Shown here piece by piece: positions 42,486-53,230 of a stretch of 64,000 nt of DNA (position 1 is the first letter of the stretch; every line of letters begins with the position of its first letter). This stretch comes from Pelagibacteraceae bacterium AG-404-N13 (lineage in GTDB: Bacteria > Pseudomonadota > Alphaproteobacteria > Pelagibacterales > Pelagibacteraceae): NCBI GenBank assembly GCA_003216255.1, contig QCJD01000002.1, positions 20,474 to 84,473 on the forward strand, read 5' to 3'. The position numbers were made by a program, and so were the translations under genes. The notes beneath the pieces are model-generated. The model was not told where the DNA came from. It saw only the letters and a list, made by a program, of their open reading frames with translations, and searched no databases.

Positions 42486-43478
42486 TTATGTATTGTTTAA
42501 AATAAGATGTTTGAATAAAGCTATATGATCATCGTTGTCATTTAAACATGGTACCATCTCAAAATTTTCCCCTCCTGATTGGATAAAACTTTCTTTCCCC
42601 TGAATACATATTTCCTCCAAAGTTTCTACACAATCAGATGAAAATCCTGGGCAAATAACTAAAATATTTTTCTTACCTTCTTTGGGCAGGGTCTCAAAAG
42701 TTTTATCGGTGTAAGGCTGTAACCATTCTTGAGGACCAAATCTTGACTGAAATGTAGTTTTAATTTCAATATCAGAATATTTTTCAGAAATAAGTCTAGT
42801 AGTTTTATGACAGTAGCAATGATATGGATCACCTTTGTCAAAATACTTTTTAGGTATTCCATGATATGAGGCAATTATTAAATCTGGTTTCCAATTAATT
42901 TCTTCAATTTTCTTTAAAATACTATTTTTCAGTGCTTCTATATAAAGTGGTTCTGATTCATAATGTGGAATTATTTTTAAATTTGGCTGCCATCTCATTT
43001 TCATCAAAGTTCTATACACTTCGTCACAAACTGTTGCTGTTGTTGCTGCAGCATATTGTGGATAAAGAGGTAAAATAATTAAATTTTCACAACCTTTGTT
43101 TTGAAGCCCATGAATTTTGCTTTTAATACTTGGGTTTCCATATCTCATAGCAAAATCAACAATTAATTTTTCATTACCAATTTGTTTAGATAATTTTTCT
43201 GCTTGGACCTCCGTAAAATGCCTGAGTGGTGACATATTTTTATCTTTCATCCATATTTCTTTGTAAGCTTTAGCAGTTTTTGAAGGTCTAAAATTTAGTA
43301 TAAATAAGTTAAGTATTATCTGCCAAATAATAGGATTTACCTCGATAACTCTTCTGTCTGATAGAAATTCTCTTAAATATTTTCTTATATCTAACCAACT
43401 AGTAGAGTCTGGGGTACCAAGATTAACAATTAAAACACCAGTTTTGCCATAATTAACTTTTGGGTGCTCTGGCTTCAT
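42486..43478 (-). CDS. hemH: Ferrochelatase
   Basis: NLGTP, LPLYPQY, SYHGIP, FQSRFG, DCVETLEEI. Confidence 0.97.
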   Translation of the reverse strand: MKPEHPKVNYGKTGVLIVNLGTPDSTSWLDIRKYLREFLSDRRVIEVNPIIWQIILNLFILNFRPSKTAKAYKEIWMKDKNMSPLRHFTEVQAEKLSKQIGNEKLIVDFAMRYGNPSIKSKIHGLQNKGCENLIILPLYPQYAAATTATVCDEVYRTLMKMRWQPNLKIIPHYESEPLYIEALKNSILKKIEEINWKPDLIIASYHGIPKKYFDKGDPYHCYCHKTTRLISEKYSDIEIKTTFQSRFGPQEWLQPYTDKTFETLPKEGKKNILVICPGFSSDCVETLEEICIQGKESFIQSGGENFEMVPCLNDNDDHIALFKHLILNNT

Positions 43479-44476
43479 TTAAAGTTTCTCACAATTTTAA
43501 TTAAATCTTCTACCATTTCAATTTTTGTCTCAGGTAGTATTCCATGTCCTAAGTTAAAAATGTATGGATGATCTTTAAAAATATTTAGATACTTTTCAAC
43601 TTCCTGTTTAAGTTTTTCTTTGTTAGTTAATAATATTTGCGGATCAAGCCCACCTTGCACAGGTATTTTTATTTCTTTGACTATTTTTTTTGGGTCAACA
43701 CCATAATCTATATTAACAGCGTCAGGTTTTACTATCTGACAAAAGTTTTTGTAATCTTTAATCCCTCTTGGAAAACAAATTACTGGCACTCCTAGTTTTT
43801 TTACGTATTCAACAATGTTAAATGTGGGGTTGTAGATATATTCAGAAAGTTTATCTTCTAACAATCCAGCCCAACTATCAAAAATTTGAATTACTTTAGC
43901 TCCTGCTTCAACCTGGTTTTTTATATGAAGTTTTAAAAACTTTTCAATTATTACTAATAATCTAGATATTAAAATTTTATCTTTATAAAACTTATCTGAT
44001 AAACCTTTTTTTGGTGATGATTTATTTATCATATATACCAGTATAGTCCATGGAGCCCCAACAAAACCGATCATATCTTTATTATTCATTATTGAATCAA
44101 TCGATGTTTTAGAGATGGCCTCGTATACTTTATGAACCTTTTTAGTAAAATTAATTTCATCTAGACTTTCAATATTCTCTAAATCTATTTCTCCCAGTTT
44201 GGGACCAAAATCTTTTTTAAATTCTACTTTTTGCCCAAGTCCGTATGGCAACATTAAAATATCTGAAAATATAACAGCACCATCAAATCCAAATCTTTTT
44301 ATAGGTTGTAGAGTTATCTCAGAAGCCAGATTACTGTTTAAACATAATTTTATAAAATCTTGGTTCTCTTTCCTAATTTCTCTAAATTCTGGTAAGTACC
44401 TCCCTGCTTGTCTCATTAGCCATATAGGATTTTTGGTTGTATCTTCGTTAACAATACAGTTCTTGATTGGTGTCAT
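43475..44476 (-). CDS. hemE: Uroporphyrinogen decarboxylase
   Basis: WLMRQAGRYLPE, FSDIL, FDSWAG, FNLGHGI. Confidence 0.97.
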   Translation of the reverse strand: MTPIKNCIVNEDTTKNPIWLMRQAGRYLPEFREIRKENQDFIKLCLNSNLASEITLQPIKRFGFDGAVIFSDILMLPYGLGQKVEFKKDFGPKLGEIDLENIESLDEINFTKKVHKVYEAISKTSIDSIMNNKDMIGFVGAPWTILVYMINKSSPKKGLSDKFYKDKILISRLLVIIEKFLKLHIKNQVEAGAKVIQIFDSWAGLLEDKLSEYIYNPTFNIVEYVKKLGVPVICFPRGIKDYKNFCQIVKPDAVNIDYGVDPKKIVKEIKIPVQGGLDPQILLTNKEKLKQEVEKYLNIFKDHPYIFNLGHGILPETKIEMVEDLIKIVRNFK

Positions 44477-44757
44477 ATAATAAATAGATTAATATTTGGT
44501 TATATTAGTATTATGAAATGTGAATAACGTAAATTATCGAATTATCACAGTTTATTAAGAATTAATTAACAATTTAACTATCTAAAATCATTATTTTTCA
44601 ACAAAAATATATAAAGTTAAAGAATCTTAATAAATTATTAAAAGATATTCACAATTTATTATTTGTTAATTTTAAGTTAAATTTAATCAAAACTTTAATC
44701 ATTAAATAGAAACCTATATTTTTGTTATTTTACTGATATTTTATAAATAATTTATAC
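44477..44757. other. Probable chromosomal replication origin (oriC)
   Basis: 281-bp very AT-rich gap between divergent hemE and DUF299 genes, the usual alphaproteobacterial oriC position; perfect DnaA box TGTGAATAA 44519-44527; one-mismatch boxes TTTTCAACA 44595-44603 and ATATTCACA 44645-44653; parS about 10 kb away. Confidence 0.82.
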
Positions 44758-45585
44758 ATGAAAAATTCACATAATATTTATCTTATATCGGATTCAACCG
44801 GAGAGACTTTAGATAGAATTTTTTTAGCGTTAAAAGCTCAATTTGGAAGTTTTGATTACAGAGTCAATCAATTCTCGTTTATTAGAACGGAAACCCAGAT
44901 AAAAAAAATTATTGAAAATGCTTATAAAAGTAAAAATTCTATAATACTGTATACAATTGTTAATAGTAAATTAGCTAAATTTCTTACAGAAGAATCAAAT
45001 AAAAAAAAAATTCCTTGCTTTGGAGTTTTGGGTGAATTGATATTAAATTTTTCAAAATTACTAAATCAAAAAGCTTCACATGAACCAAGTGGGCAACACG
45101 CTTTAAATAAAGAATATTATGAAAGAATAGAGGCAATTCAGTTTACAATGAATCATGATGATGGAAATAATATTAGTGATATTGAAAAATCAGATATAAT
45201 TATTTTAGGTGTAAGCAGAACGAGTAAAACACCAACATCTATTTATTTAGCCAACCGAGGTTTTAAGACTTCAAATATACCACTTGTAAATGAAAAATCA
45301 CTTCCTGATAAAATGAAAAACCTTAAATTTAAACCTTGTGTTGTTGGTTTAACAACCGAAGCAGATAGACTTTTCGAAATAAGGAAAAATAGGCTAACAT
45401 CTCTTAAAGAAAAAAATAAATCAGAGTACGTAAATATTAATCAAATAAAGAAAGAATTAGAAAACTCAAAAAAAACTTTTAGAATAAATAATTGGCCTTC
45501 AATAGACGTTACAAGAAAGTCTGTAGAGGAGACAGCTGCATCAATAATAAAAATTTATGAAATAAAAAATAAGAAGAATGTTTAA
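44758..45585 (+). CDS. Kinase/pyrophosphorylase (PSRP/PDRP, DUF299)
   Basis: ISDSTGET, HDDG, GVSRTSKTPTSIYLA, SVEETAA. Confidence 0.93.
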   Translation: MKNSHNIYLISDSTGETLDRIFLALKAQFGSFDYRVNQFSFIRTETQIKKIIENAYKSKNSIILYTIVNSKLAKFLTEESNKKKIPCFGVLGELILNFSKLLNQKASHEPSGQHALNKEYYERIEAIQFTMNHDDGNNISDIEKSDIIILGVSRTSKTPTSIYLANRGFKTSNIPLVNEKSLPDKMKNLKFKPCVVGLTTEADRLFEIRKNRLTSLKEKNKSEYVNINQIKKELENSKKTFRINNWPSIDVTRKSVEETAASIIKIYEIKNKKNV

Positions 45586-46159
45586 TTTAATTTTAGCTTC
45601 AAAAAGCAAAGTAAGAAAAGAAATATTAAATAAAAACAATATTTCTTGTGTTGTAGAACCATCAAATGTTGATGAGGATTCAGTTAAAAAAAGTCTTTTA
45701 AAAGAAGGGGCTAACCCAGAAATCATTTCAAAAAATCTAGCAGAATTAAAAGCAAATAAGGTTAGTCAAAAAAAAAATGGCGAAATTATTCTTGGTGCTG
45801 ACAGCGTTATTGATTTGGATGGTGAAATAATTTCTAAACCCTCAGATAGGAATGAAGCATTAAATATCTTAAAAAAACTAAATGGTAAAAAACATCATCT
45901 GATAAGTTCAGTTTGTATATCGAAAAATGGTTCAATGATATGGAATTATACTGACAAGGCTGCACTAACTATGAAAAATATGTCAGATGAAGAACTTAAA
46001 AAATATTTAAATAAAATTAGCGATGAAGCTTTATACGCCTATAATGTTTATCAAATAGAAGGTGAGGGAAGATCCCTATTCTCAAAAATTGAAGGAGATG
46101 AAGATACAATAATGGGTTTGCCAATTAAAAAAATTAAGGAATACATAAATACATTATGA
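45578..46159 (+). CDS. maf: Maf-family nucleotide pyrophosphatase
   Basis: ILASKS..R, LAELKA, GADS, KP, YQIEG, IMGLP. Confidence 0.93.
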   Translation: MFNLILASKSKVRKEILNKNNISCVVEPSNVDEDSVKKSLLKEGANPEIISKNLAELKANKVSQKKNGEIILGADSVIDLDGEIISKPSDRNEALNILKKLNGKKHHLISSVCISKNGSMIWNYTDKAALTMKNMSDEELKKYLNKISDEALYAYNVYQIEGEGRSLFSKIEGDEDTIMGLPIKKIKEYINTL

Positions 46160-46947
46160 AAAAATATCTAGTAATAGGAAATCCTATTGAACATTCTTTA
46201 TCGCCAAAACTTCATAATTATTGGCTGAAGAAAAATAACATTGAAGCTAATTACGATAAAAAAAAACTTAACGAAAATCATCTTAAAAATATTATTTCTG
46301 AAGTCAAAGAAGAAAAAATAAATGGCATTAATGTTACTGTTCCATTTAAAAAAGCAGTAATTCCATTTTTAGATGAATTAAGTCCCGAAGCAAAAGAAAC
46401 ACAATCGGTCAACACAATTTATTTACAAAATGGAACCACAATTGGTCATAACACAGATATTGCTGGATTTGAACTAGCAATCAAATATGCAAAATATGAT
46501 GTTTCCAATAAAAAAATATTTATATTGGGTGCTGGCGGTGTTTCTCCTTCAATTATTTATTCGCTTAAAAAAATGAAAGCTTCAAAAATTATATTAACAA
46601 ATAGGACAAAAAAAAAAGCCGAAAATTTGAAAAATTTATTTAAGGATATTGAAATAATTGATTGGGGAGAAACAATAGATTTTGATATGATTATAAATGC
46701 TACGAGTATTGGATTAAAAAATGAAGATGCCTTAAAATTTGATTATTCAGCAAATGGTCCAAATAAATTTTTTTACGATGTTATATATAACCCTAGAGAA
46801 ACAATATTTTTAAAAAGAGCTAAATTATTTGGTAATAGGACAGAAAATGGAAAAATGATGTTTATTTATCAAGCTCATCAGGCGTTTACAATCTGGAATA
46901 AATTAATGCCTGAAATTGATGATGAAGTTATAAATTTAATGGAATAA
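46156..46947 (+). CDS. aroE: Shikimate dehydrogenase
   Basis: GNPIEHSLSP, NVTVPFK, NTD, GAGG, INATS, DVIYNP. Confidence 0.96.
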   Translation: MKKYLVIGNPIEHSLSPKLHNYWLKKNNIEANYDKKKLNENHLKNIISEVKEEKINGINVTVPFKKAVIPFLDELSPEAKETQSVNTIYLQNGTTIGHNTDIAGFELAIKYAKYDVSNKKIFILGAGGVSPSIIYSLKKMKASKIILTNRTKKKAENLKNLFKDIEIIDWGETIDFDMIINATSIGLKNEDALKFDYSANGPNKFFYDVIYNPRETIFLKRAKLFGNRTENGKMMFIYQAHQAFTIWNKLMPEIDDEVINLME

Positions 46948-46971
46948 TTAATGTTTTTGAAGATTTATTAA

Positions 46972-47541
46972 ATGAATAAGGCAATTGGAATTTTAGGAGA
47001 TATCGGATCTGGTAAAAGTTTTGTTGCCAAAAATTTTGGATATCCAGTATTTAACGCAGATAAAGAAGTAATTAAAATATATAAAGAAAATAAATCTTGC
47101 TTTAAAAAATTAAAAAATAAATTACCTAAATACATAAAATCTTATCCAATAAATAAAGTTGAATTATCCAAAGCTATTTTAGCAAACAAATATAATCTTA
47201 AAAAAATCGTTAGTGTTGTACATCCATTAGTTAGAAAAAAAATGAATAGTTTTTTAATAAAAAATAGAAAAAAAAAATTGGTAGTTTTAGATATTCCATT
47301 GCTTATTGAAAATAATTTAAACAGAAAAAAAGATATATTAATATTTGTTGATACTAAAAAATCACAAATAAATTTACGCCTTAAAAAAAGAAAAAATTAT
47401 AATAAAAAAATTTTAGAAAACTTAAGAAAATTACAAAAAAAGTTATCTTATAAAAAAAAAATATCCGATTATATTATTAAAAACGATTTTAAATTTTTAA
47501 CTATTAAAAAACAAATTAAGTTTATAAAGGAAAAGATTTAA
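46972..47541 (+). CDS. coaE: Dephospho-CoA kinase
   Basis: GDIGSGKS, AD, VHP, DIPLLIE; aroE-coaE-dnaQ order. Confidence 0.93.
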   Translation: MNKAIGILGDIGSGKSFVAKNFGYPVFNADKEVIKIYKENKSCFKKLKNKLPKYIKSYPINKVELSKAILANKYNLKKIVSVVHPLVRKKMNSFLIKNRKKKLVVLDIPLLIENNLNRKKDILIFVDTKKSQINLRLKKRKNYNKKILENLRKLQKKLSYKKKISDYIIKNDFKFLTIKKQIKFIKEKI

Positions 47542-47542
47542 A

Positions 47543-48208
47543 ATGAAAGAAGTAGTATTAGATACTGAAACAACAGGCCTTTCTGTGAAAGATGGACATA
47601 GAATTGTTGAGATAGGTTGCATAGAATTAGATGAACTTATACCAACTAAAAATATATTTCATTTTTACTTAAACCCAGAGAGAAAAGTTTCTGAAGAAGC
47701 TTTTAAGGTTCATGGATATTCAGATGAATTCTTATCTGATAAAAAAAAATTCTATGAGATTGCAGATGATTTTCTTAATTTTATTAAGGATAAAAAAATA
47801 ATAATACATAATGCAGAGTTTGATATTGCGCACATTAATAATGAACTTTCAATTGCTGGTAAAGAAAAGATAACAAAAGTACATATTGTAGATACTCTCG
47901 ATATAGCTCGAAATAAATTTCCAGGCTCGGCGATAAATCTTGATGCTTTGTGTAAAAGGTTCAGAATAGATAATTCGAAGAGAGCAAAACATACAGCACT
48001 TATAGACTGTGAATTATTGGCAAAAGTATACATAAATTTACTTGGCCAAAAAGAACCAACACTAAACTTTAGTAAATCCGATGAAATTCAAACAAATCAA
48101 AATATCCAATCAATAGATTATTCAAAAAAAATAATTTCACCATCAGTAGATGAATTAAAAAAGCATAAGGAATTTATGAAAAAAAATTTTAAAAAAAATT
48201 TTTTCTAA
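47543..48208 (+). CDS. dnaQ: DNA polymerase III epsilon subunit
   Basis: LDTETTG, HNAEFD, HTALID (DEDDh). Confidence 0.97.
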   Translation: MKEVVLDTETTGLSVKDGHRIVEIGCIELDELIPTKNIFHFYLNPERKVSEEAFKVHGYSDEFLSDKKKFYEIADDFLNFIKDKKIIIHNAEFDIAHINNELSIAGKEKITKVHIVDTLDIARNKFPGSAINLDALCKRFRIDNSKRAKHTALIDCELLAKVYINLLGQKEPTLNFSKSDEIQTNQNIQSIDYSKKIISPSVDELKKHKEFMKKNFKKNFF

Positions 48209-48627
48209 ATTTTTCTTTCGTTATAGAGTTTATTAAAATCGATCTTACTATTTAATTGTATATGTGGAAAACCTGACATTTTTAATATATTCAAAAATAT
48301 TTTTTCTATTTGAGGGTAAATCTTAATTTGTAAGTCACATAAAATAAATTTTTTTACATCTTCCTTATTTGGATTTTCTTCATCTATTTTAACTACAGTT
48401 GCGTAAATCATCTCAAAATAAGTTTTTTTCTTATTTTTAGTTTTATCTTGGTAAGTTAGTTTTGTTTCAACTTCTATCATCTTATTTTTTAAAAATTTTG
48501 AGTTCAAATCTAAATTTAAAGAGTATTTTGAAATATTTTCTCTTGCAGAAATTAATGATTCAGCATCAGGTGTCTCAACAGATAAATCTTTTGTATAACT
48601 AAGAATAATTTGGTGTTTAAGAGTCAT
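48205..48627 (-). CDS. secB: Divergent SecB chaperone
   Basis: YTKDLSVETP similar to SecB YVKDLSFE.P; IYP, GFP; fxsA-secB synteny. Confidence 0.8.
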   Translation of the reverse strand: MTLKHQIILSYTKDLSVETPDAESLISARENISKYSLNLDLNSKFLKNKMIEVETKLTYQDKTKNKKKTYFEMIYATVVKIDEENPNKEDVKKFILCDLQIKIYPQIEKIFLNILKMSGFPHIQLNSKIDFNKLYNERKI

Positions 48628-49043
48628 TTTTCATCATCTATATCTTTGTATTCACCTTCAATAAAGTTTTTTTCTTCTTTAGATTTTTTATTTCTGTAAT
48701 AATTCTTTGAAAAATATTTAATAAATAATTTTCTAGTAAAAGGAAAAACTAATAAAATACCCAAAACATCAGTTGCAAAACCTGGTAAAATTAAAAGTAT
48801 TGCTGCAAATGCAAGTGTTGCACCTGAAATTATTTCATAAATTGGGATTTCATTTTTCATCAATCCAGAAATTCCTGATTTTAAAGTGTTAAATCCCTCA
48901 TGTTTTGCATAAGCCACCCCTATTATAGCTGTCAAAAATATTAAGATAATTGTATTAAATGCACCAATTTGAGTTCCAATTTTTATAAAAAGATAAATTT
49001 CAATGGCTGGGATAGCAATTATAAGTAATAATACTGTGTTCAT
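48624..49043 (-). CDS. fxsA: FxsA membrane protein
   Basis: PAIEIYLFI, LLILPGFATDVLG. Confidence 0.92.
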   Translation of the reverse strand: MNTVLLLIIAIPAIEIYLFIKIGTQIGAFNTIILIFLTAIIGVAYAKHEGFNTLKSGISGLMKNEIPIYEIISGATLAFAAILLILPGFATDVLGILLVFPFTRKLFIKYFSKNYYRNKKSKEEKNFIEGEYKDIDDEK

Positions 49044-49066
49044 TTGTCTATTATGTAATTAGCAGG

Positions 49067-49079
49067 TTGAATTATTCAA
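49067..49079. promoter_or_regulatory. TTGAAT-N-ATTCAA palindrome, likely back-to-back -35 elements of fxsA and Tim44 promoters
   Basis: Plus strand TTGAAT-N16-TATTAT; minus strand TTGAAT-N18-CATAAT. Confidence 0.45.
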
Positions 49080-49100
49080 TATAGTAAATATTATCATATC

Positions 49101-49697
49101 ATGAATTATAGTTTTGAATACATAGATATAATATTACTTGCAATGATTGCGGGTTTTATATTCTTGAGATTGCGAGGAATTTTAGGAAAAAAAACAGGTT
49201 TTGAAGATGAGATTAAATCAAATTTTCATCAGGAAACAGCTGATGTAAACGAAGCAAATGTAAAAAAAAATTTAGATTTCGAAACTTTTGACGAAAAGGC
49301 AAAAAAAGAGTTTCTGAAAGGTGCACAAATTGCATATGAAACTATAGTTACAAATTTCTCTAATGGAAAACTTAAAGATATTAAATCTCTATTAGATTTG
49401 AATGTTTATGAACAATTTAATTCAGCATTAGATGAAAGAAAATCAAAAAATTATTCATCTGAGACTACATTTGTAGGAATTAATTCAGCAGAAATTAAAG
49501 ATCATAAGCAAAATAAAAATATGCTAGAGGTTACCGTTGAGTTTGTTAGTGAAATTATATCTTGTATAAAGGATAAAGAAAATAAGGTCATATCTGGGGA
49601 TCCTAAAAAAATAAAAAAAGTACACGATGTTTGGAAATTCTCTAAAGATAGCAGATCAAACAATCCAAACTGGTTATTAATAGATACCCAAGCATAA
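49101..49697 (+). CDS. Tim44/TimA-like protein
   Basis: IFLRLRGILGKKTG, FLKGA..AYE.I, DVWKF, PNWLL. Confidence 0.9.
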   Translation: MNYSFEYIDIILLAMIAGFIFLRLRGILGKKTGFEDEIKSNFHQETADVNEANVKKNLDFETFDEKAKKEFLKGAQIAYETIVTNFSNGKLKDIKSLLDLNVYEQFNSALDERKSKNYSSETTFVGINSAEIKDHKQNKNMLEVTVEFVSEIISCIKDKENKVISGDPKKIKKVHDVWKFSKDSRSNNPNWLLIDTQA

Positions 49698-50111
49698 TTG
49701 ACAGATAAACTTTCAGATAAAGATAAAAGAGATTGGGAAAATTTTTTAAAAAACCCTGAAAAAATTGAAGTTAAGGATGATGATCAAAATGAAAAATTTA
49801 ATATGAATTTAGAAAAGTCAATAGATCTGCATGGATATACTTTAGATAATGCAAATGAAAAAATATATACATTTATTTTAGATTGTTTCGAAAAGAAAGT
49901 TAATAAAATAAACATAATAACAGGAAAAGGATTAAGATCCAAAAATACAAATGATCCATATCAATCCAAAGATTTAAGCATACTAAAATATTCAATTCCA
50001 AATTATATTAAAAACAATAATGAACTTATGGATAAAATTTTTAAAATTGATGAAAGTGCTATTGAAAGCCCTTCAAAGGGTAGTTTTGAGATAGTATTAA
50101 AAAATAAATGA
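49698..50111 (+). CDS. Smr-domain protein
   Basis: IDLHGYTL, IITGKG; TTG start. Confidence 0.9.
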   Translation: MTDKLSDKDKRDWENFLKNPEKIEVKDDDQNEKFNMNLEKSIDLHGYTLDNANEKIYTFILDCFEKKVNKINIITGKGLRSKNTNDPYQSKDLSILKYSIPNYIKNNNELMDKIFKIDESAIESPSKGSFEIVLKNK

Positions 50112-50659
50112 ATAAAGAAATTGCACAAAATATAAAAGCTAGATTTCTAAAAAGTAAAAAAAATTTAAAAGATAATTTTAAAAATTTTTTTGACTGGGTA
50201 AAGGGAGCCGAATTAATCGAGTTGACTGAATGTGAAACCTCAAAGGATCCTGTTAGGCCAGAGTTAGATAATGAATTTAGGACAAGCTATGGAAGAAAAA
50301 TTTTTGGTGTTAAGTTTCAAGATGAAATACATGCAGTTATGTGTTTTGCATTTACCAATAAAATTCCAAAAACAGTTAATGAGTTAGATCTTTTAAGCAA
50401 AGATGCATTCTTACAAAGCGCAAATAGAGACCAAAATGTAGGAAAAATTGCTATTGCCTATACTGTTTGGTCAAACAAAAAAGGTGGAGGAAAATTAATT
50501 GTTAAAGAAGTTTTTAAAATGATAAAAAAATCAAACCATCTAAACAGACTGGTTACGTTGTCACCACTTACGGAAATGGCGAGAAATTTTCATTTAAGAA
50601 ATGGTGCGATAGAAGTTCAGGTTAATGAAGAAACTCAAAATTTTGAGTATAAATTATAA
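50108..50659 (+). CDS. Hypothetical GNAT-fold protein with malonyl-CoA decarboxylase-like motifs
   Basis: [28 protein letters not shown]; ATGA-coupled to the Smr gene. Confidence 0.7.
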   Translation: MNKEIAQNIKARFLKSKKNLKDNFKNFFDWVKGAELIELTECETSKDPVRPELDNEFRTSYGRKIFGVKFQDEIHAVMCFAFTNKIPKTVNELDLLSKDAFLQSANRDQNVGKIAIAYTVWSNKKGGGKLIVKEVFKMIKKSNHLNRLVTLSPLTEMARNFHLRNGAIEVQVNEETQNFEYKL

Positions 50660-52024
50660 GATAAACTTAGATAAATCAGTATCTTTAACTAGTTCACCAA
50701 TATTTTCTTGAATATATTTGGAGTCGACCGTTATTTTTTCTCCAGCTCTATCTGTAGCTGTAAAACTTATTTCATCTAACACTCTTTCGATAATTGTATG
50801 AAGTCTTCTAGCACCTATATTTTCAACAGTTGAATTTACTTCATTTGCTATATTAGCAATCGTATCTATTCCATCCTCAGTAAACTCTAAGTCAACATTT
50901 TCAGTTTTTAAAAGTGCTTTATATTGTTTTATTAAGCTATTATCAGGTTCTTTTAAAATTCTTTTAAATTCTTCACTGTTTAATGCATCTAATTCAACTC
51001 TAATTGGTAATCTTCCTTGTAGTTCAGGTAAAAGATCCGATGGTTTTGCTAATTGAAAAGCTCCAGATGCTATAAATAATATATGATCTGTTTTAATTGG
51101 ACCATATTTAGTGCTTACTGTTGTTCCTTCAATTAATGGCAGCAAGTCTCTTTGAACTCCCTCTCGCGAAACATCTCCTCCAACTCTATCAGTTCTTGCA
51201 GAAATTTTATCTATTTCATCCAAAAATACTATTCCGTTATTTTCAGTCGAATTTTTTGCAGATTTAATAATTTTATCTTGTTCAATTAATTTATCTGACT
51301 CTTCATTAATTAAAATTTCATGAGATTCTTTAACTGACATTTTTTTCTTTTTAGGTTTGTTACCCATCGATTTACCCAACATATCTGAAATATTAATCAT
51401 TCCAACATTTGCTCCAGGCATTCCAGGAATTTCAAAAGATGGCATTTGGCTGCCAGTATCAGTTATTGCAATTTCTATTTCATTATCATCAAGATCCCCA
51501 TCTCTTAATCTTTTTCTAAAACTTTCTCTAGTAGCAACACTTGCTTTGTTACCTACCAAAGCATCTAAAACTCTTTCTTCAGCTAATTTTTGAGCTTGTG
51601 CATGTACTTCTTTTCTTTTTTTTACTTTTTCCATTGCGATTGCAATCTCTAAAAGATCCCTTACAATTTGTTCAACGTCTCTTCCAACATAACCAACTTC
51701 AGTAAATCTTGTTGCTTCAACTTTTACAAATGGAGCTTCAGCTAATTTTGATAATCTTCTTGAAATTTCAGTTTTACCAACTCCAGTAGGTCCAATCATA
51801 AGTATATTTTTTGGTAATACTTCATCTTTCATTTCACCTGTAAGAGCCTGTCTTCTCCATCTATTTCTAAGTGCAATGGCAACAGCTCTTTTTGCTTTAT
51901 TCTGACCAACAACAAATCTATCTAGTTCAGATACAATTTCTCTTGGTGAAAGCGAATTTTGTACATCATTATTTTCACTCGAAACCTTTTCTTTTGGAAA
52001 TGAAGTTACATTTGATTTTTTCAT
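50654..52024 (-). CDS. hslU: HslU ATPase
   Basis: [29 protein letters not shown]. Confidence 0.98.
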   Translation of the reverse strand: MKKSNVTSFPKEKVSSENNDVQNSLSPREIVSELDRFVVGQNKAKRAVAIALRNRWRRQALTGEMKDEVLPKNILMIGPTGVGKTEISRRLSKLAEAPFVKVEATRFTEVGYVGRDVEQIVRDLLEIAIAMEKVKKRKEVHAQAQKLAEERVLDALVGNKASVATRESFRKRLRDGDLDDNEIEIAITDTGSQMPSFEIPGMPGANVGMINISDMLGKSMGNKPKKKKMSVKESHEILINEESDKLIEQDKIIKSAKNSTENNGIVFLDEIDKISARTDRVGGDVSREGVQRDLLPLIEGTTVSTKYGPIKTDHILFIASGAFQLAKPSDLLPELQGRLPIRVELDALNSEEFKRILKEPDNSLIKQYKALLKTENVDLEFTEDGIDTIANIANEVNSTVENIGARRLHTIIERVLDEISFTATDRAGEKITVDSKYIQENIGELVKDTDLSKFIL

Positions 52025-52027
52025 AAT

Positions 52028-52543
52028 TTAAATTTTTTCAACACTTATGTTTTCATTTGTAAATACACATATTTCAGATGCTACTTTAATTGCTTTTTTT
52101 GCTATTTCTTCTGCTGATAAATCTGTATCCATTAATACTTTTGCAGAAGCTAATGCATAATTTCCACCAGATCCAATTCCAATTACATCACCTTCTGGTT
52201 CTAATACATCACCAGTTCCAGAAATTATAAAACTTTTTTCTTTATCTCCGATTGCCATTAATGCCTCAAGTCTTCTTAAATATTTATCTGTTCTCCAATC
52301 TTTGGCTAATTCAACAGCTGCTCTAGTCAAGTTTCCAGCATGTTTTTCTAACTTTGACTCTAGTCTTTCAAATAATGTTAGTGCATCTGCTGTTGATCCA
52401 GCAAAACCGGCGATCACATTTCTTTTCTCAATTTTACGGACTTTATTTGCTGTTTTTTTAATAACTGTATTTCCCATGCTAACTTGCCCATCGCTAGCTA
52501 CTACTACATCATTATTTTTTCTTACTAATACAATCGTTGTCAT
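52028..52543 (-). CDS. hslV: HslV protease
   Basis: [26 protein letters not shown]. Confidence 0.98.
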   Translation of the reverse strand: MTTIVLVRKNNDVVVASDGQVSMGNTVIKKTANKVRKIEKRNVIAGFAGSTADALTLFERLESKLEKHAGNLTRAAVELAKDWRTDKYLRRLEALMAIGDKEKSFIISGTGDVLEPEGDVIGIGSGGNYALASAKVLMDTDLSAEEIAKKAIKVASEICVFTNENISVEKI

Positions 52544-52550
52544 AGCTTAT

Positions 52551-52578
52551 AAATGGATACTAATTTAAATAGTTCAAG
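52551..52578 (-). promoter_or_regulatory. Putative RpoH promoter of hslVU
   Basis: Minus strand CTTGAA-N15-TCCATTT, 7 nt upstream of the ATG. Confidence 0.65.
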
Positions 52579-52634
52579 ACCAAACCCGGTATTATTGCCA
52601 TAATTCAATAATAGATATATACCTTTTTTAAATT

Positions 52635-53225
52635 ATGAAGAGGAAAGCTAAAATTGTTAGAAAAACTAAAGAAACCAATATCAACGTTGATTTGAATATT
52701 GATGGCAAAGGTAAATATAAAATAGAAACTGGAATAGGTTTTTTAAATCATATGCTTGAGCAATTATCAAAGCATTCATCTATAGATATTAATCTTAAAG
52801 CTAAAGGTGATACGCATATTGATCTTCATCACACAACAGAAGATACTGGTATTGCAATTGGTGAATGTTTAAAAAAAGCATCTAAAAAATTTGTTGGAAT
52901 AAAAAGATATGCTCATGCCATGATACCAATGGATGAAACATTAACAAGAGTTGCAATAGATGTTTCAAATAGACCTTATTTAATTTGGAAAGTTAAATTA
53001 AAAGTAGAAAAGTTAGGTGAGATGGATACTGAATTATTCAAAGAATGGTTTCAAGCCTTCTCGCAAGCTGCTGGAATCACTTTGCATGTTGAAAATATTT
53101 ATGGTGATAACAGCCACCATATAATTGAATCTTGCTTTAAAGGATTAGCAAGATCACTAAGAGCTGCATTAGAAATGGATCCAAGGAATAAAAATACAAT
53201 TCCTTCAACAAAAGGTTCTTTATAA
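52635..53225 (+). CDS. hisB: Imidazoleglycerol-phosphate dehydratase
   Basis: [31 protein letters not shown]. Confidence 0.97.
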   Translation: MKRKAKIVRKTKETNINVDLNIDGKGKYKIETGIGFLNHMLEQLSKHSSIDINLKAKGDTHIDLHHTTEDTGIAIGECLKKASKKFVGIKRYAHAMIPMDETLTRVAIDVSNRPYLIWKVKLKVEKLGEMDTELFKEWFQAFSQAAGITLHVENIYGDNSHHIIESCFKGLARSLRAALEMDPRNKNTIPSTKGSL

Positions 53226-53230
53226 AATTA

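Noticed and set aside
42684-42691. GGGCAGGG KOPS-like octamer in hemH
   Set aside because: Single copy, pointing toward the inferred origin rather than the terminus; likely chance.
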